Of a stretch of 64,000 bases of DNA, positions 55,335 through 64,000 are shown piece by piece. Both the position numbers and the translations under genes were made by a program. This stretch comes from Spirochaetia bacterium (lineage in GTDB: Bacteria > Spirochaetota > Spirochaetia > CAKZLE01): assembly GCA_963677595.1 (NCBI GenBank), contig OY782041.1, positions 4,224,001 to 4,288,000 of the forward strand. Reading direction: 5' to 3'. The notes under the pieces are model-generated. The model did not search any database and had not been told where the DNA came from. It worked only from the letters and a program-made list of their open reading frames with translations. How positions within the stretch are numbered: position 1 is the stretch's first letter; each line of letters opens with the position of its first letter.

Positions 55335-56467
55335 TCCCCTTGGGCCTTCAGCTGCATCTTCACCGGGTTCGCATAGGATTCCATGACCTGGCCGCGAAGA
55401 TCCTCGGTGAGGTACTCATACCGGTCGAGAAAGTCCTGCTTCTGCTCCTCACTGTACTCTGATGAGAACCGTGAGTCACGGGTGACGATATCATAGGCGA
55501 TGTAGTTGGTGTCCCAGAGGCGATAGCCGATATGGATCTGGCGGTCTATCTCCTCTGCCACCGCAAGGTGGTCCGGGAGGTCCGTGCTGATGGGTGTGCC
55601 GACATGCAGGTGGACATTACCCTTGTACTTCTTGATGCCCTTGAGTACCTGGATCATATCCTCATACTTCTTCTTGGTATACATCCCCGTGAGCTTCTTC
55701 GAAAGCAGTTCCTTGCTCTTGTTGATGTCGCAGGGATCATACTGGTAGGAAATAGCCACAGGGACGATCCGGCAGTCCTCAAGCAGCTGCTTGAAGCTCA
55801 TGCCTGAGTCCTTCTGGGACATGTAGAGCATCTTGATGATCGACGGGCTCGTGAGATCGAGACCGTCCTTCGCCCTCCCGCTCTTCTGTGCCACCCACAT
55901 GGATTTGTTGTGCTTTGCGATACCCTCGTAGAAATAGGAGGAGAGCCGCTTGGATTCCTTGAACTTCTCCCGCAGCGGCAGGGACCGTTTCACCGTGATC
56001 CCCCCGTTCAGCTTGAAGAGGTCCTTCGAGAGCTGGGTACCGAGGAGGTTGTCGCCGATCGCGATCTCCGTGTAGCCGTATCCTTCCTTCCCGAGCACAT
56101 CGTTGAGGAGTGCACAGTCAAGGACGATATCGCGGTGGTTGGAGATGAAGAAATAGGACTGCCCCTTGACGAGGTGATCGAGTCCCTCGAAGGAGAACTC
56201 ATCCATCGTATTCTTCACGACCGCCGAGATCAGGATCTTCGATGTCACGTTCGCCTGGAAATCATCCACCGAATGGACGGTGTCCAGGGCTTCGTACAGG
56301 TGATGCTGCAGGTTGTGCTGCTTGACAGCTGAGATCAGGTTCCTGCTGGTAAAGACCATCTGGCTCGCACTCTTGACGAAGCTCTTGCTGTTGCGAAGCC
56401 TGTCTAGCGCTTCTTCGAGGTCCTCATCATAATAGGGCGAAATATCCCTATATGCTTCATTCTTCAT
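55325..56467 (-). CDS. Glycerolipid acyltransferase (PlsC/LPLAT superfamily)
   Basis: SNHRDIVLD, AIGDNL, WVAQ..GRAKDG, PVAISY.YDP. Confidence 0.9.
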   Translation of the reverse strand: MKNEAYRDISPYYDEDLEEALDRLRNSKSFVKSASQMVFTSRNLISAVKQHNLQHHLYEALDTVHSVDDFQANVTSKILISAVVKNTMDEFSFEGLDHLVKGQSYFFISNHRDIVLDCALLNDVLGKEGYGYTEIAIGDNLLGTQLSKDLFKLNGGITVKRSLPLREKFKESKRLSSYFYEGIAKHNKSMWVAQKSGRAKDGLDLTSPSIIKMLYMSQKDSGMSFKQLLEDCRIVPVAISYQYDPCDINKSKELLSKKLTGMYTKKKYEDMIQVLKGIKKYKGNVHLHVGTPISTDLPDHLAVAEEIDRQIHIGYRLWDTNYIAYDIVTRDSRFSSEYSEEQKQDFLDRYEYLTEDLRGQVMESYANPVKMQLKAQGECL

Positions 56468-56477
56468 CTTTACCTCT

Positions 56478-57461
56478 TTATGAGATCCCGCAGACTGCCT
56501 TGATATACTGGGACCGCTCCCAGATATCAGGGTCGTCGGAACTTTCCTGGCAGAGTCTTCCCTTGAAGTCAGCTATCGACGCGTACTCCTTCCTCTCCAT
56601 CCAGGCTTCGATCGTCCCTTTCATGGTCCCGATGACATCATGACCGTGCTTCATGAGGGCAGAGCAGATACCAACCGATGATGCCCCGGCAAGCAGCTGC
56701 TTGATGATCGTCTCCCCGTCATAGATCCCCGTATTGGCACAGAAATCGAGCTTGAGCTCACCGGACATGAGACCGATCCACCTGAGGGACTGGGCATACT
56801 CCTCAGGGGAACTCAAGACCTTCCCGGCTGTTACGCTCTCGTCCTCGATGTTGATGTCGGTCCGGTAGAACCTGTTGAACAGCACGAGGCCATCGACACC
56901 CAGATCCTCGAACCGCCTCATCCTGTTAGCCAGGCCTGAGAAGTTCTCACCCATCTTCAGGGCGATTGGGATCGATACATGCTTCCTGATCTCCCTGATC
57001 AGCTTGTCATACTGGTGCTCGATCTCCTGCCCGTCACGGTCTGCCTGCGACGGAATGATATAGGAGTTGATCTCCAGGGCATCAGCCCCTGCCTCCTCGA
57101 ACCGGTGGGCGTTCTCGAGCCACTTCCCCGGCGAGACGCAGTTCAGGCTCGCGATGATCGGTACCTGAACGCTCTTCTTGGCCTTCTCTACCAGGTCAAG
57201 GTAGGTATCTATGAAATATTCTTTGCTGGAATTATCAAAGAAGTCGAATGCATCTGCGTGGGCATACATATCGGCTCCCTCGAGCATCTTTGAAGCATCT
57301 GCGGTGATCTGTTCCTCGAACAGTGATTTCAGCACCACAGCGCCGGCACCAGCGTCCTCACAGCGCTTCACCCCCTCAAGGGTCGAAGTCAGACGAGAAC
57401 TGGCAACTATGATTGGATTTGTCAGCGTGAGTCCCAAGTATCGGGTGGAAAGATCCGCCAT
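56478..57461 (-). CDS. Dihydroorotate dehydrogenase-like protein
   Basis: YLGL.L.NPII.ASS, GAGAVVLKSLFEEQI, GLVLFNRFY; AGGAGG RBS. Confidence 0.85.
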   Translation of the reverse strand: MADLSTRYLGLTLTNPIIVASSRLTSTLEGVKRCEDAGAGAVVLKSLFEEQITADASKMLEGADMYAHADAFDFFDNSSKEYFIDTYLDLVEKAKKSVQVPIIASLNCVSPGKWLENAHRFEEAGADALEINSYIIPSQADRDGQEIEHQYDKLIREIRKHVSIPIALKMGENFSGLANRMRRFEDLGVDGLVLFNRFYRTDINIEDESVTAGKVLSSPEEYAQSLRWIGLMSGELKLDFCANTGIYDGETIIKQLLAGASSVGICSALMKHGHDVIGTMKGTIEAWMERKEYASIADFKGRLCQESSDDPDIWERSQYIKAVCGIS

Positions 57462-57622
57462 GAAAAACCTCCTACGGCACAATCATACATCATTGTACAG
57501 GTCTTTCCATGGATAAACAAGAGGGTTTTACCTGCAAAATCGTTCTGTAGAAGGATCGGATGGGGTTCTCCTCCCGATGGGGCCAGCAAGCTGGACCCCG
57601 CCGGAAGGAGTGCAGTTAGGGA

Positions 57623-59083
57623 CTATTCCTGAGCTACCCAGCGTACCCGGGGTTTTCGAGCGGCGAGCACCTCATCGACCCGTCCGATCGGGGTCGATAC
57701 CGGGGCGGCATGGAGGGAATCAGGATCGTCCTTCGCCCGTGAGGCCAGGGACTTCATGACATCGATGAAACCGTCGAGCTCCGCGAGCGATTCTGTCTCC
57801 GTAGGCTCGATCATCAGTGCCTCATGCACGATCAGCGGGAAGTACATCGTGGGGGGATGGATCCCCTCATCGAGCAGCCCCTTCGCGATATCCATCGCGG
57901 AGATGCCGTATGCATCCTTGATCGCGGAAGCGGAGAGGACGAACTCATGCTTGCAGACCTGGTCGTAGGGCAGGAGGTAGTCACCCTTCAGGGCTTCCTT
58001 GAGGTAGTTGGCGAAGAGGACCGCATGTTCAGAAGCCTCACGCAGCCCGTTGCCCCCCATGATGGTGATGTAGGTATATGCCCTGATCATGACCCCGACG
58101 TTCCCGTAGAACCCGGAGATCCTGCCGATGCTGTCAGGCTTGTCATAGCCGAACGCATAGGAGTTCCCATCGAAGGTGATGTCCGGCTGCGGGAGGAACG
58201 GCACGAGCCGCTCAGCGACGAGCACCGGACCTGAACCAGGCCCCCCACCCCCGTGTGGGGTCGAGAAGGTCTTATGGAGGTTGAGGTGGATGACATCGAA
58301 GCCCATATCGCCGGGTCGGGTCTTCTCCATGATGGCGTTGAAGTTCGCACCGTCGTAATAGAGGAGCCCTCCCGCGTCATGGATGCGGTGTGCTACCTTG
58401 AGGATATCCTCCTCGAAGATCCCGAGGGTGTTCGGGTTGGTGAGCATGATCCCGGCAAGTTCATCATCGAGGTACTGTTCGAGATCCGAGAGTGAGACCT
58501 GACCTTTCTCGTTCGCCGCGACCTCGACGACCTCGAAGCCTGCCATATGGGCAGATGCAGGATTCGTCCCGTGCGAAGCAGAAGGGACGAGCACCCTGCG
58601 GCGCTTATCCTCACCCCGCTTGTCGAAGTAGGCCCTAAACAGCTTCATCCCGGTATATTCCCCATGGGCCCCAGCGAAGGGCTGGAGGGTCCCCCACTTC
58701 ATCCCGGTCAGGGCTGAGAGCTTCTCGAGCAGTTCGTACTGCAGCTTGAGATGGCCCTGGACGGTATCGACCGGCTGGAGCGGATGGATCTCAGAGAATC
58801 CCCGCAGGGCTGCAGTATCCTCGTTCACCTTCGGGTTGTACTTCATGGTGCAGGACCCGAGGGGATAGCTCCCTGAATCGACAGCGAAGCATCGTTGTGC
58901 CAGGTTCGAGTAGTGGCGTACCACCTCGACCTCGGAGACCTCCGGCAGCTTCGGGATACTCGTTCGCCTAAGTGTTTCAGGAAGCATCTCCTGCAGCCCG
59001 CCTGCCTCGATATCGAGAGGCGGGAACTGGTACCCCTGTCTTCCGGGACAGCTCTTCTCAAAAATCAATGTGTACCCACTCAT
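57623..59083 (-). CDS. gcvPB: Glycine dehydrogenase subunit 2
   Basis: YPLGSCTMKYNP, AHGTNPASA-like motif, HLNLHKTFSTPHGGGGPG. Confidence 0.97.
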   Translation of the reverse strand: MSGYTLIFEKSCPGRQGYQFPPLDIEAGGLQEMLPETLRRTSIPKLPEVSEVEVVRHYSNLAQRCFAVDSGSYPLGSCTMKYNPKVNEDTAALRGFSEIHPLQPVDTVQGHLKLQYELLEKLSALTGMKWGTLQPFAGAHGEYTGMKLFRAYFDKRGEDKRRRVLVPSASHGTNPASAHMAGFEVVEVAANEKGQVSLSDLEQYLDDELAGIMLTNPNTLGIFEEDILKVAHRIHDAGGLLYYDGANFNAIMEKTRPGDMGFDVIHLNLHKTFSTPHGGGGPGSGPVLVAERLVPFLPQPDITFDGNSYAFGYDKPDSIGRISGFYGNVGVMIRAYTYITIMGGNGLREASEHAVLFANYLKEALKGDYLLPYDQVCKHEFVLSASAIKDAYGISAMDIAKGLLDEGIHPPTMYFPLIVHEALMIEPTETESLAELDGFIDVMKSLASRAKDDPDSLHAAPVSTPIGRVDEVLAARKPRVRWVAQE

Positions 59084-60426
59084 GCCATGACCCCTTCAGC
59101 TGCTGATACATATGCATCAAGTTCTTCTTTCGTACGCTTCTCCGTGACCGCCACGGCAACGAGCCCGTCGAATGCAGGATCTAATTCACCAAGGTGGACC
59201 CCGGCAAAGATACCGTGCTCACGCATGCCGGCAAGGAATGTCGCAGCCTGCTTCCCGCCAGGGAACTCGAGGGTGAACTCTCCTAAGAAGGGGCTGTTCG
59301 CCTTCTGTGCCAATCCTGGGACAGAAGCCAGGGCACCGGCAAGGTAATGGGCCTTGGCAGCCGACTGCGTCGCGACCTCCCTGACCCCTGCGAACCCGAG
59401 CATCGAGAGATAGATCGATGCCGTCAGGGCCACATGGGCCTGGTTCGAACAGATGTTCGAGGTAGCCCGCTCCCGCTTGATATGCTGTTCCCGTGCCTGG
59501 AGGGTCAGGACGAAGGCCCTGTTCCCCCGATTGTCAACCGTCTCACCGACGATACGTCCCGGGAGTTTCCGCATGAGCTTATCGCCCACCGCGATATAGC
59601 CGGCGGAGGGCCCGCCGAAGCAGCGTGCGATCCCGAACGGCTGGATGTCGCCGATGGCGATATCCGCACCCCAGTCTCCCTGTGAGGGGATAGCCCCCAG
59701 GGCGACCGGGTCGCTCGAGATGATGAACTGAGCCTTGTGTGCATGGATGCACTCGGCGAACCCCGTGTAGTCCTCCACATAGCCGAAGATGTTCGGGGTC
59801 TGCACCAGTACGCCGATGACTGACTCGTCCATCATGGACTGCAGGGTATCGAGCCGCAGGACGCCGTCGGTCTCGGGCAGGATCTTAATCTCGATATCGG
59901 TGCTCGAGATATGGGTCCTGACCACCGCGATCGTGTTCGGGTGGATGGTCTCCGATACCAGGAGTACGTTCCCCTTCCGCTTCGCTCCCCTGGCCATCAC
60001 GACCGCTTCCGAAGCCGCGGTATGTCCGTCATAGAGCGAGGCATTCGACACGGACATCCCCGTCATCTCACAGATCATCGTCTGGTACTCGAAGATCGCC
60101 TGCAGGGTTCCCTGGGAGATCTCCGGCTGGTAGGGGGTATAGGAGGTGAGGAATGCCGGCAGGGATGCAAGGTGCCTCACTGCCGAGGGGATGATACGGT
60201 CATAGGAACCGCACCCGAGATAGGAGGTTCCCACGACATTCATATCAGCGAGGCCCTGGAGCCTGCTGACAGCTTCATATTCACTCATACCTGCCGCGAT
60301 GTGGTCATCGCGGTCGAGGTAGAGATGCTGCGGTATGTCACGGAAGAGGTCATCTATCCCGGACACACCTATGGCCTTGAGCATAGTTTCCTTCTCGCTC
60401 TCGGTCGGGACGCTGTAAAGATTCAT
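59080..60426 (-). CDS. gcvPA: Glycine dehydrogenase subunit 1
   Basis: YTPYQPEISQG.LQ, NASLYDG, REQHIKRERATSNICSNQ. Confidence 0.97.
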   Translation of the reverse strand: MNLYSVPTESEKETMLKAIGVSGIDDLFRDIPQHLYLDRDDHIAAGMSEYEAVSRLQGLADMNVVGTSYLGCGSYDRIIPSAVRHLASLPAFLTSYTPYQPEISQGTLQAIFEYQTMICEMTGMSVSNASLYDGHTAASEAVVMARGAKRKGNVLLVSETIHPNTIAVVRTHISSTDIEIKILPETDGVLRLDTLQSMMDESVIGVLVQTPNIFGYVEDYTGFAECIHAHKAQFIISSDPVALGAIPSQGDWGADIAIGDIQPFGIARCFGGPSAGYIAVGDKLMRKLPGRIVGETVDNRGNRAFVLTLQAREQHIKRERATSNICSNQAHVALTASIYLSMLGFAGVREVATQSAAKAHYLAGALASVPGLAQKANSPFLGEFTLEFPGGKQAATFLAGMREHGIFAGVHLGELDPAFDGLVAVAVTEKRTKEELDAYVSAAEGVMA

Positions 60427-60447
60427 GATCGTTTCTTATACTCCTAT

Positions 60448-60831
60448 CTAGAGAGTCTTCAGGTACTCTTCATATGCAGCAGCATCCATGAGATCCCCGA
60501 GGTCACCCTCATCTGCGAGCTCCAATACGAAGATAAAGCTCCCATAGGGGTCGCTGTTGACACCCTCTGGTGTATCCTCGAGTTCCTCGTTCACCTCGAC
60601 GACCGTGCCGCCTACCGGGGTGATGATCGCGGATGCAGCCTTGACGGACTCGATGCTCGAGACCTCGTCATCCTTGCTGAACTCATCATCAACCTCAGGG
60701 AGCTCGACATAGACGACCTCACCCAGCTGTGCCTGGGCGTAATCGGTGATCCCCACAGAGGCCTTGTTCCCATCGACCTTGACCCATTCATGGTCCTGAC
60801 TGTACAGTAAACCCTTGATAATCTCGCTCAT
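60448..60831 (-). CDS. gcvH: Glycine cleavage system H protein
   Basis: HEWV, GITDYAQ.QLG, ESVKA lipoyl-Lys motif, N.DPY. Confidence 0.97.
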   Translation of the reverse strand: MSEIIKGLLYSQDHEWVKVDGNKASVGITDYAQAQLGEVVYVELPEVDDEFSKDDEVSSIESVKAASAIITPVGGTVVEVNEELEDTPEGVNSDPYGSFIFVLELADEGDLGDLMDAAAYEEYLKTL

Positions 60832-61952
60832 TTCTTCCTCCCGGTATTCTTGTAGAACGGTGTCTTGACCAGCCTGGCCTTCTTCCGCTTCCCTCTGATA
60901 TCAATCTCGATGATATGACCCAGCTTCAATCCAGTGCCTCGCTTGACCATGACCAGTCCGATGAACTCATCAAGCATCGGGGACTTCGCCCCGCTGGTCA
61001 CGTGGCCGATACACTCCTCGCCCTGGTAGACATCATAGCCGGCGCGTGCGACGCCCTTGTCTTCCATGATGATCCCGCGCAGGGATCTCGGGATCCCCTC
61101 TTCCTTCTGTCTCAGGAGCGCTTCCTTCCCGCAGAAATCCCCGGTGTCCAGTGAGACGAACACGGAAAGGTTCGCTTCCAACGGCGAGATCTCAGCCGTG
61201 ATCTCATGGCCGTAGAGCGGCAGCTTAGACTCGAGCCGGAGGGTATCCCTCGCCCCAAGACCGCAGGGAACGAGGCCCAAAGGCTCTCCTGCTTCCATGA
61301 GGGTGTTCCAGACAACCGCACCCGAGGCGCTCGGCAGGTAGAGCTCGAAGCCGTCCTCCCCGGTATACCCGGTACGGGAGACGAGGCATTCGACGCCGCC
61401 GATCACGACTGCTTCACGGAAGGTGAAGAACCCGAGGTCCTTCGACTCCTCCCAGAGGGTCGACATGATCTCCTGGGCCTTCGGACCCTGGAGTGCGATC
61501 TGCACATAGCCCTCTGAGGCATTCACGATCTCAGGCAGGGCTCTAACGCCCTCGGCAGCCCAGGGGTTCTCTTTCGTCACCCAGGCAAAGTCCTTATCGA
61601 TGTTCGCGGCATTGACGACGAGCAGGTAGGAATCCGCTGCCCGCTTATAGATGATGAGGTCGTCTACGACCCCTCCGTCAGGATAGCACATCAGTGCGTA
61701 CATGACCTGGCCGTCAGCCATCGAAGCCGTGTTGTTCGTCACCAGGTAGTCGACGAACTCGCCGCTTCCCGGTCCATCCACGAGGAACTCCCCCATGTGG
61801 GAGACATCGAACAGGCCTGCGTCCTGCCGGACTGCCATGTGTTCGGTGATGATCCCCGTCTGGAAGTTGACCGGGAGTTCCCATCCGCCGAAGTCGATGA
61901 GCTTGACTCCGGGGTAGGTGCTGTACACATCGTACAGTGGTGTTCTTTTCAT
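60828..61952 (-). CDS. gcvT: Aminomethyltransferase (GCS T protein)
   Basis: FGGWELP, FDVSHMG, SRTGYTGEDGFE, GLGARDTLRLE. Confidence 0.97.
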   Translation of the reverse strand: MKRTPLYDVYSTYPGVKLIDFGGWELPVNFQTGIITEHMAVRQDAGLFDVSHMGEFLVDGPGSGEFVDYLVTNNTASMADGQVMYALMCYPDGGVVDDLIIYKRAADSYLLVVNAANIDKDFAWVTKENPWAAEGVRALPEIVNASEGYVQIALQGPKAQEIMSTLWEESKDLGFFTFREAVVIGGVECLVSRTGYTGEDGFELYLPSASGAVVWNTLMEAGEPLGLVPCGLGARDTLRLESKLPLYGHEITAEISPLEANLSVFVSLDTGDFCGKEALLRQKEEGIPRSLRGIIMEDKGVARAGYDVYQGEECIGHVTSGAKSPMLDEFIGLVMVKRGTGLKLGHIIEIDIRGKRKKARLVKTPFYKNTGRKK

Positions 61953-61978
61953 TTCCCCAAACCTCACAATACAGAGTT

Positions 61979-62010
61979 CAGGAGCAGACCCGGATCCGGG
62001 GCTGCTCCTG
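61979..62010. other. GC-rich inverted repeat between the Lrp gene and gcvT
   Basis: CAGGAGCAG-A-CCCGG-AT-CCGGG-G-CTGCTCCTG; no U-tract. Confidence 0.6.
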
Positions 62011-62029
62011 TCATTAGAATCAGGTTAGA

Positions 62030-62479
62030 TCACAGGATGTAGGGCACCCTGAGATTGAAGGACTCGTAGACCACGAAGGTCTCCACATCCTGGATCTCCG
62101 AGACCTTGACGAGCTCCTTGTTGAAGAAGTCCAGCAGGGTGTACCCGTCACTCTCATTGATCAGGACCTGGACGATCAGATCGTATCTCCCGGTGACTAC
62201 CGTAGCGAACACGACTCCCCTCAGCCGCGTGAACTCGTTAGCCTTCCGTCCCAGGTCCAGAGTCTTCAGCTTGATCCCCATCATCACGATCTTATGGTTG
62301 GGAAGTGATGACGGATCGACGAGACCGGCAATTTCGAGTACCTGCTCATCGAGGAGTTTGTTCACCCTGGCTCTTACCGTGTTCTCAGTGATCGAGAGCT
62401 CCTCAGCAATAGCACTGTACGATTTACGTCCGTCCCGAAGCTGTTTGATGATTGCCTTGTTCGTATCGTCGATTTTCAT
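62030..62479 (-). CDS. Lrp/AsnC family regulator
   Basis: IDD....II..L.DGRKSY..IA..L...E.TVR.RV; VTGRYDL. Confidence 0.93.
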   Translation of the reverse strand: MKIDDTNKAIIKQLRDGRKSYSAIAEELSITENTVRARVNKLLDEQVLEIAGLVDPSSLPNHKIVMMGIKLKTLDLGRKANEFTRLRGVVFATVVTGRYDLIVQVLINESDGYTLLDFFNKELVKVSEIQDVETFVVYESFNLRVPYIL

Positions 62480-62483
62480 GATC

Positions 62484-63572
62484 TTATCCGTTCTTCTTTG
62501 CGAACTCCGTCATGAAATCGACGAGAGTCGCTACATCCTCTTCAGGAAGCGAGTTGTAGATCGATGCCCTGCATCCGCCTACACTTCTATGGCCCTTGAG
62601 CCCCAGCATGCCTTGTGCCGCAGCTTCTTTGAGGAACTGCTTCTCGAGCTCCTCGGACTTCAGCCGGAAGACCACGTTCATCTTCGATCGGTAGTTCGCA
62701 TCGACCGGTGAGTAGAAGGTGTCGCCCAAGCCGTCGATCGCACCATAGAGGAGACCTGCCTTCCGTGCAGCACGGGCAGCCATCCCCTCAGCACCGCCGT
62801 TGGCCTTGATCCACTCGAGGACCAGCTTGACACCCCAGATCGAGAAGACCGGCGGTGTGTTGTAGAGCCCGTTGGACGGCGCATGGGTGTTGTAGTTGAG
62901 GTATGCGGTGAGGGTCTCAGGAGACCGTTCGAGCATGTCGTTTCGCAGGATGACGAAGGTCGCACCTGCCGGCCCGAGGTTCTTCTGGACCCCGCCGTAG
63001 ATCATGGCGAACTTCTCGACCGGGACCGGTCGTGAGAGGATGTCGCTCGACATGTCGGCGATCAGTGGTACATCCCCGGTCTCCGGCCATGCCTGCCACT
63101 CGATCCCCCCGATCGTCTCGTTGGAACAGAGGTAGAGGTATGCTGAGTTCTCACTCGGCTTCACGGTCGCAGGGTCCGGGAGCGTCGAGAAGTTGGAAGG
63201 CTTCCCGTCGAAGTAGACGTTGACATCCCCGATCTTCTTCGCATCATCGCAGGCCTTGTTCGACCAGGCACCGGTCCGTGCGTAGTCGGCGACCTGTCCT
63301 GCGCCGAGGAAGTTCATCGGGATCATCGAGAACTGCAGGGTAGCCCCTCCACCGAGGAAGAAGACCGAGTAGTTCTCCGGGATGCCGAGCAGCTCCCTGA
63401 AGAGCCCGAGGCACTCATTGTACATATCATCGAAGGCAGCGCCCCTGTGGCTTGCCTCGATCATGGAGAACCCGTTTCCCTGATAATCAGCGATCTGGTC
63501 CTGCAGCACGTCCAACACTTCTACAGGCAGCACCGATGGGCCTGCGAAGAAATTCAATTTTCTCTCACTCAT
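62484..63572 (-). CDS. serC: Phosphoserine aminotransferase
   Basis: NF.AGP, GGAT.QF, NETI.G, DMSSD, QKNLGPAG, NTPP, GHRSVGGCRASIYN. Confidence 0.97.
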   Translation of the reverse strand: MSERKLNFFAGPSVLPVEVLDVLQDQIADYQGNGFSMIEASHRGAAFDDMYNECLGLFRELLGIPENYSVFFLGGGATLQFSMIPMNFLGAGQVADYARTGAWSNKACDDAKKIGDVNVYFDGKPSNFSTLPDPATVKPSENSAYLYLCSNETIGGIEWQAWPETGDVPLIADMSSDILSRPVPVEKFAMIYGGVQKNLGPAGATFVILRNDMLERSPETLTAYLNYNTHAPSNGLYNTPPVFSIWGVKLVLEWIKANGGAEGMAARAARKAGLLYGAIDGLGDTFYSPVDANYRSKMNVVFRLKSEELEKQFLKEAAAQGMLGLKGHRSVGGCRASIYNSLPEEDVATLVDFMTEFAKKNG

Positions 63573-63574
63573 GA

Positions 63575-64000
63575 TTACAGCTTACCTCCGTCTACAGCAG
63601 CTTTAATGATTCCGAACGCCTCTTCACCGATCCGCAGCAGGTTCTCCTTGCTGCTTGCCCCGATATGGGGGGTCATCGTCACGTGGGGAGCCTTGAGGAT
63701 CGGGTAGTCCTCTGATGGCGGGTCCGATGGCCAGACATCAGTCGCGTACCAGCTGATCCTCCCGTCTTCAAGGGCCTTCACCATGTCCTCCGCGTCCACG
63801 CAGGGACCGCGTCCGGTATTGATGACAACCGGCTTCTTGTTACATGCATTGATCATTGCCTCGCCGAAGATCCCCTTGGTCTCCGGGGTCAGCGGGAGAT
63901 GGAGGGATACGTAGTCGGCATCTGCGACTGCTTCCTCCAGGGATGGCTTCATCTCCGCGACCGGGCTTGAGGAGACATACTTGTCATACGCCACGACCTT
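63575..64000 (-). CDS. serA: D-3-phosphoglycerate dehydrogenase-like, C-terminal part (starts beyond window)
   Basis: SLHLPLTPET, INTGRG, DVW, TPHIGAS; adjacent to serC. Confidence 0.75.
   Translation of the reverse strand, partial: KVVAYDKYVSSSPVAEMKPSLEEAVADADYVSLHLPLTPETKGIFGEAMINACNKKPVVINTGRGPCVDAEDMVKALEDGRISWYATDVWPSDPPSEDYPILKAPHVTMTPHIGASSKENLLRIGEEAFGIIKAAVDGGKL

Noticed and set aside
57555-57600. Small hairpins as REP/MITE elements (also about 9448-9466)
   Set aside because: No shared sequence between copies and no terminal repeats or target duplications
61953-62029. Glycine riboswitch upstream of gcvT
   Set aside because: The gap is too short and lacks the GGAGA/CCGAAG/CTCTCAGG core; only a simple hairpin is present

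Overview
Bacterial chromosomal DNA of moderately high GC, most likely from a free-living spirochaete (Sphaerochaeta/Spirochaetales-like). This is inferred from signal-peptide style and spirochaete-type hypothetical genes. About 60 CDS and 3 tRNAs. Left part (1-26.1 kb) is accessory and lies downstream of tRNA-Lys/tRNA-Glu: a cyclophilin-like/esterase/DUF362/cupin/AKR/flavodoxin module carrying a decayed RHH-PIN toxin-antitoxin pair, a LacI-controlled sugar ABC + GH36 alpha-galactosidase operon, a two-component-controlled ABC + GH78 rhamnosidase + esterase locus, and an AAA-DUF4143 ATPase. Right part is more core-like: rnhA, an Omp85-like peptidase/propeller protein, a cobalamin riboswitch with btuFCD, an HTH-hydrolase-DUF4180 unit, a MarR + glycine betaine ABC, ppiC, galM, cyaB, tRNA-Met, an HD hydrolase, ttcA, two predicted outer-membrane proteins, mutL, and a serA-serC-Lrp-gcvTHP run. 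Best candidates for undescribed biology: (1) a gene pair with three copies of one putative beta-barrel domain, two of them in tandem behind a FecR-like domain and a long Pro/Ala/Thr tether; (2) a Cys-less A-x-G-x-x-E N-terminal motif in 7 exported proteins; (3) apparently frequent leaderless transcription; (4) several cis-regulatory repeat architectures. No CRISPR array, integrase, transposase or rRNA was seen. All family assignments come from motif recognition by eye, not database searches.
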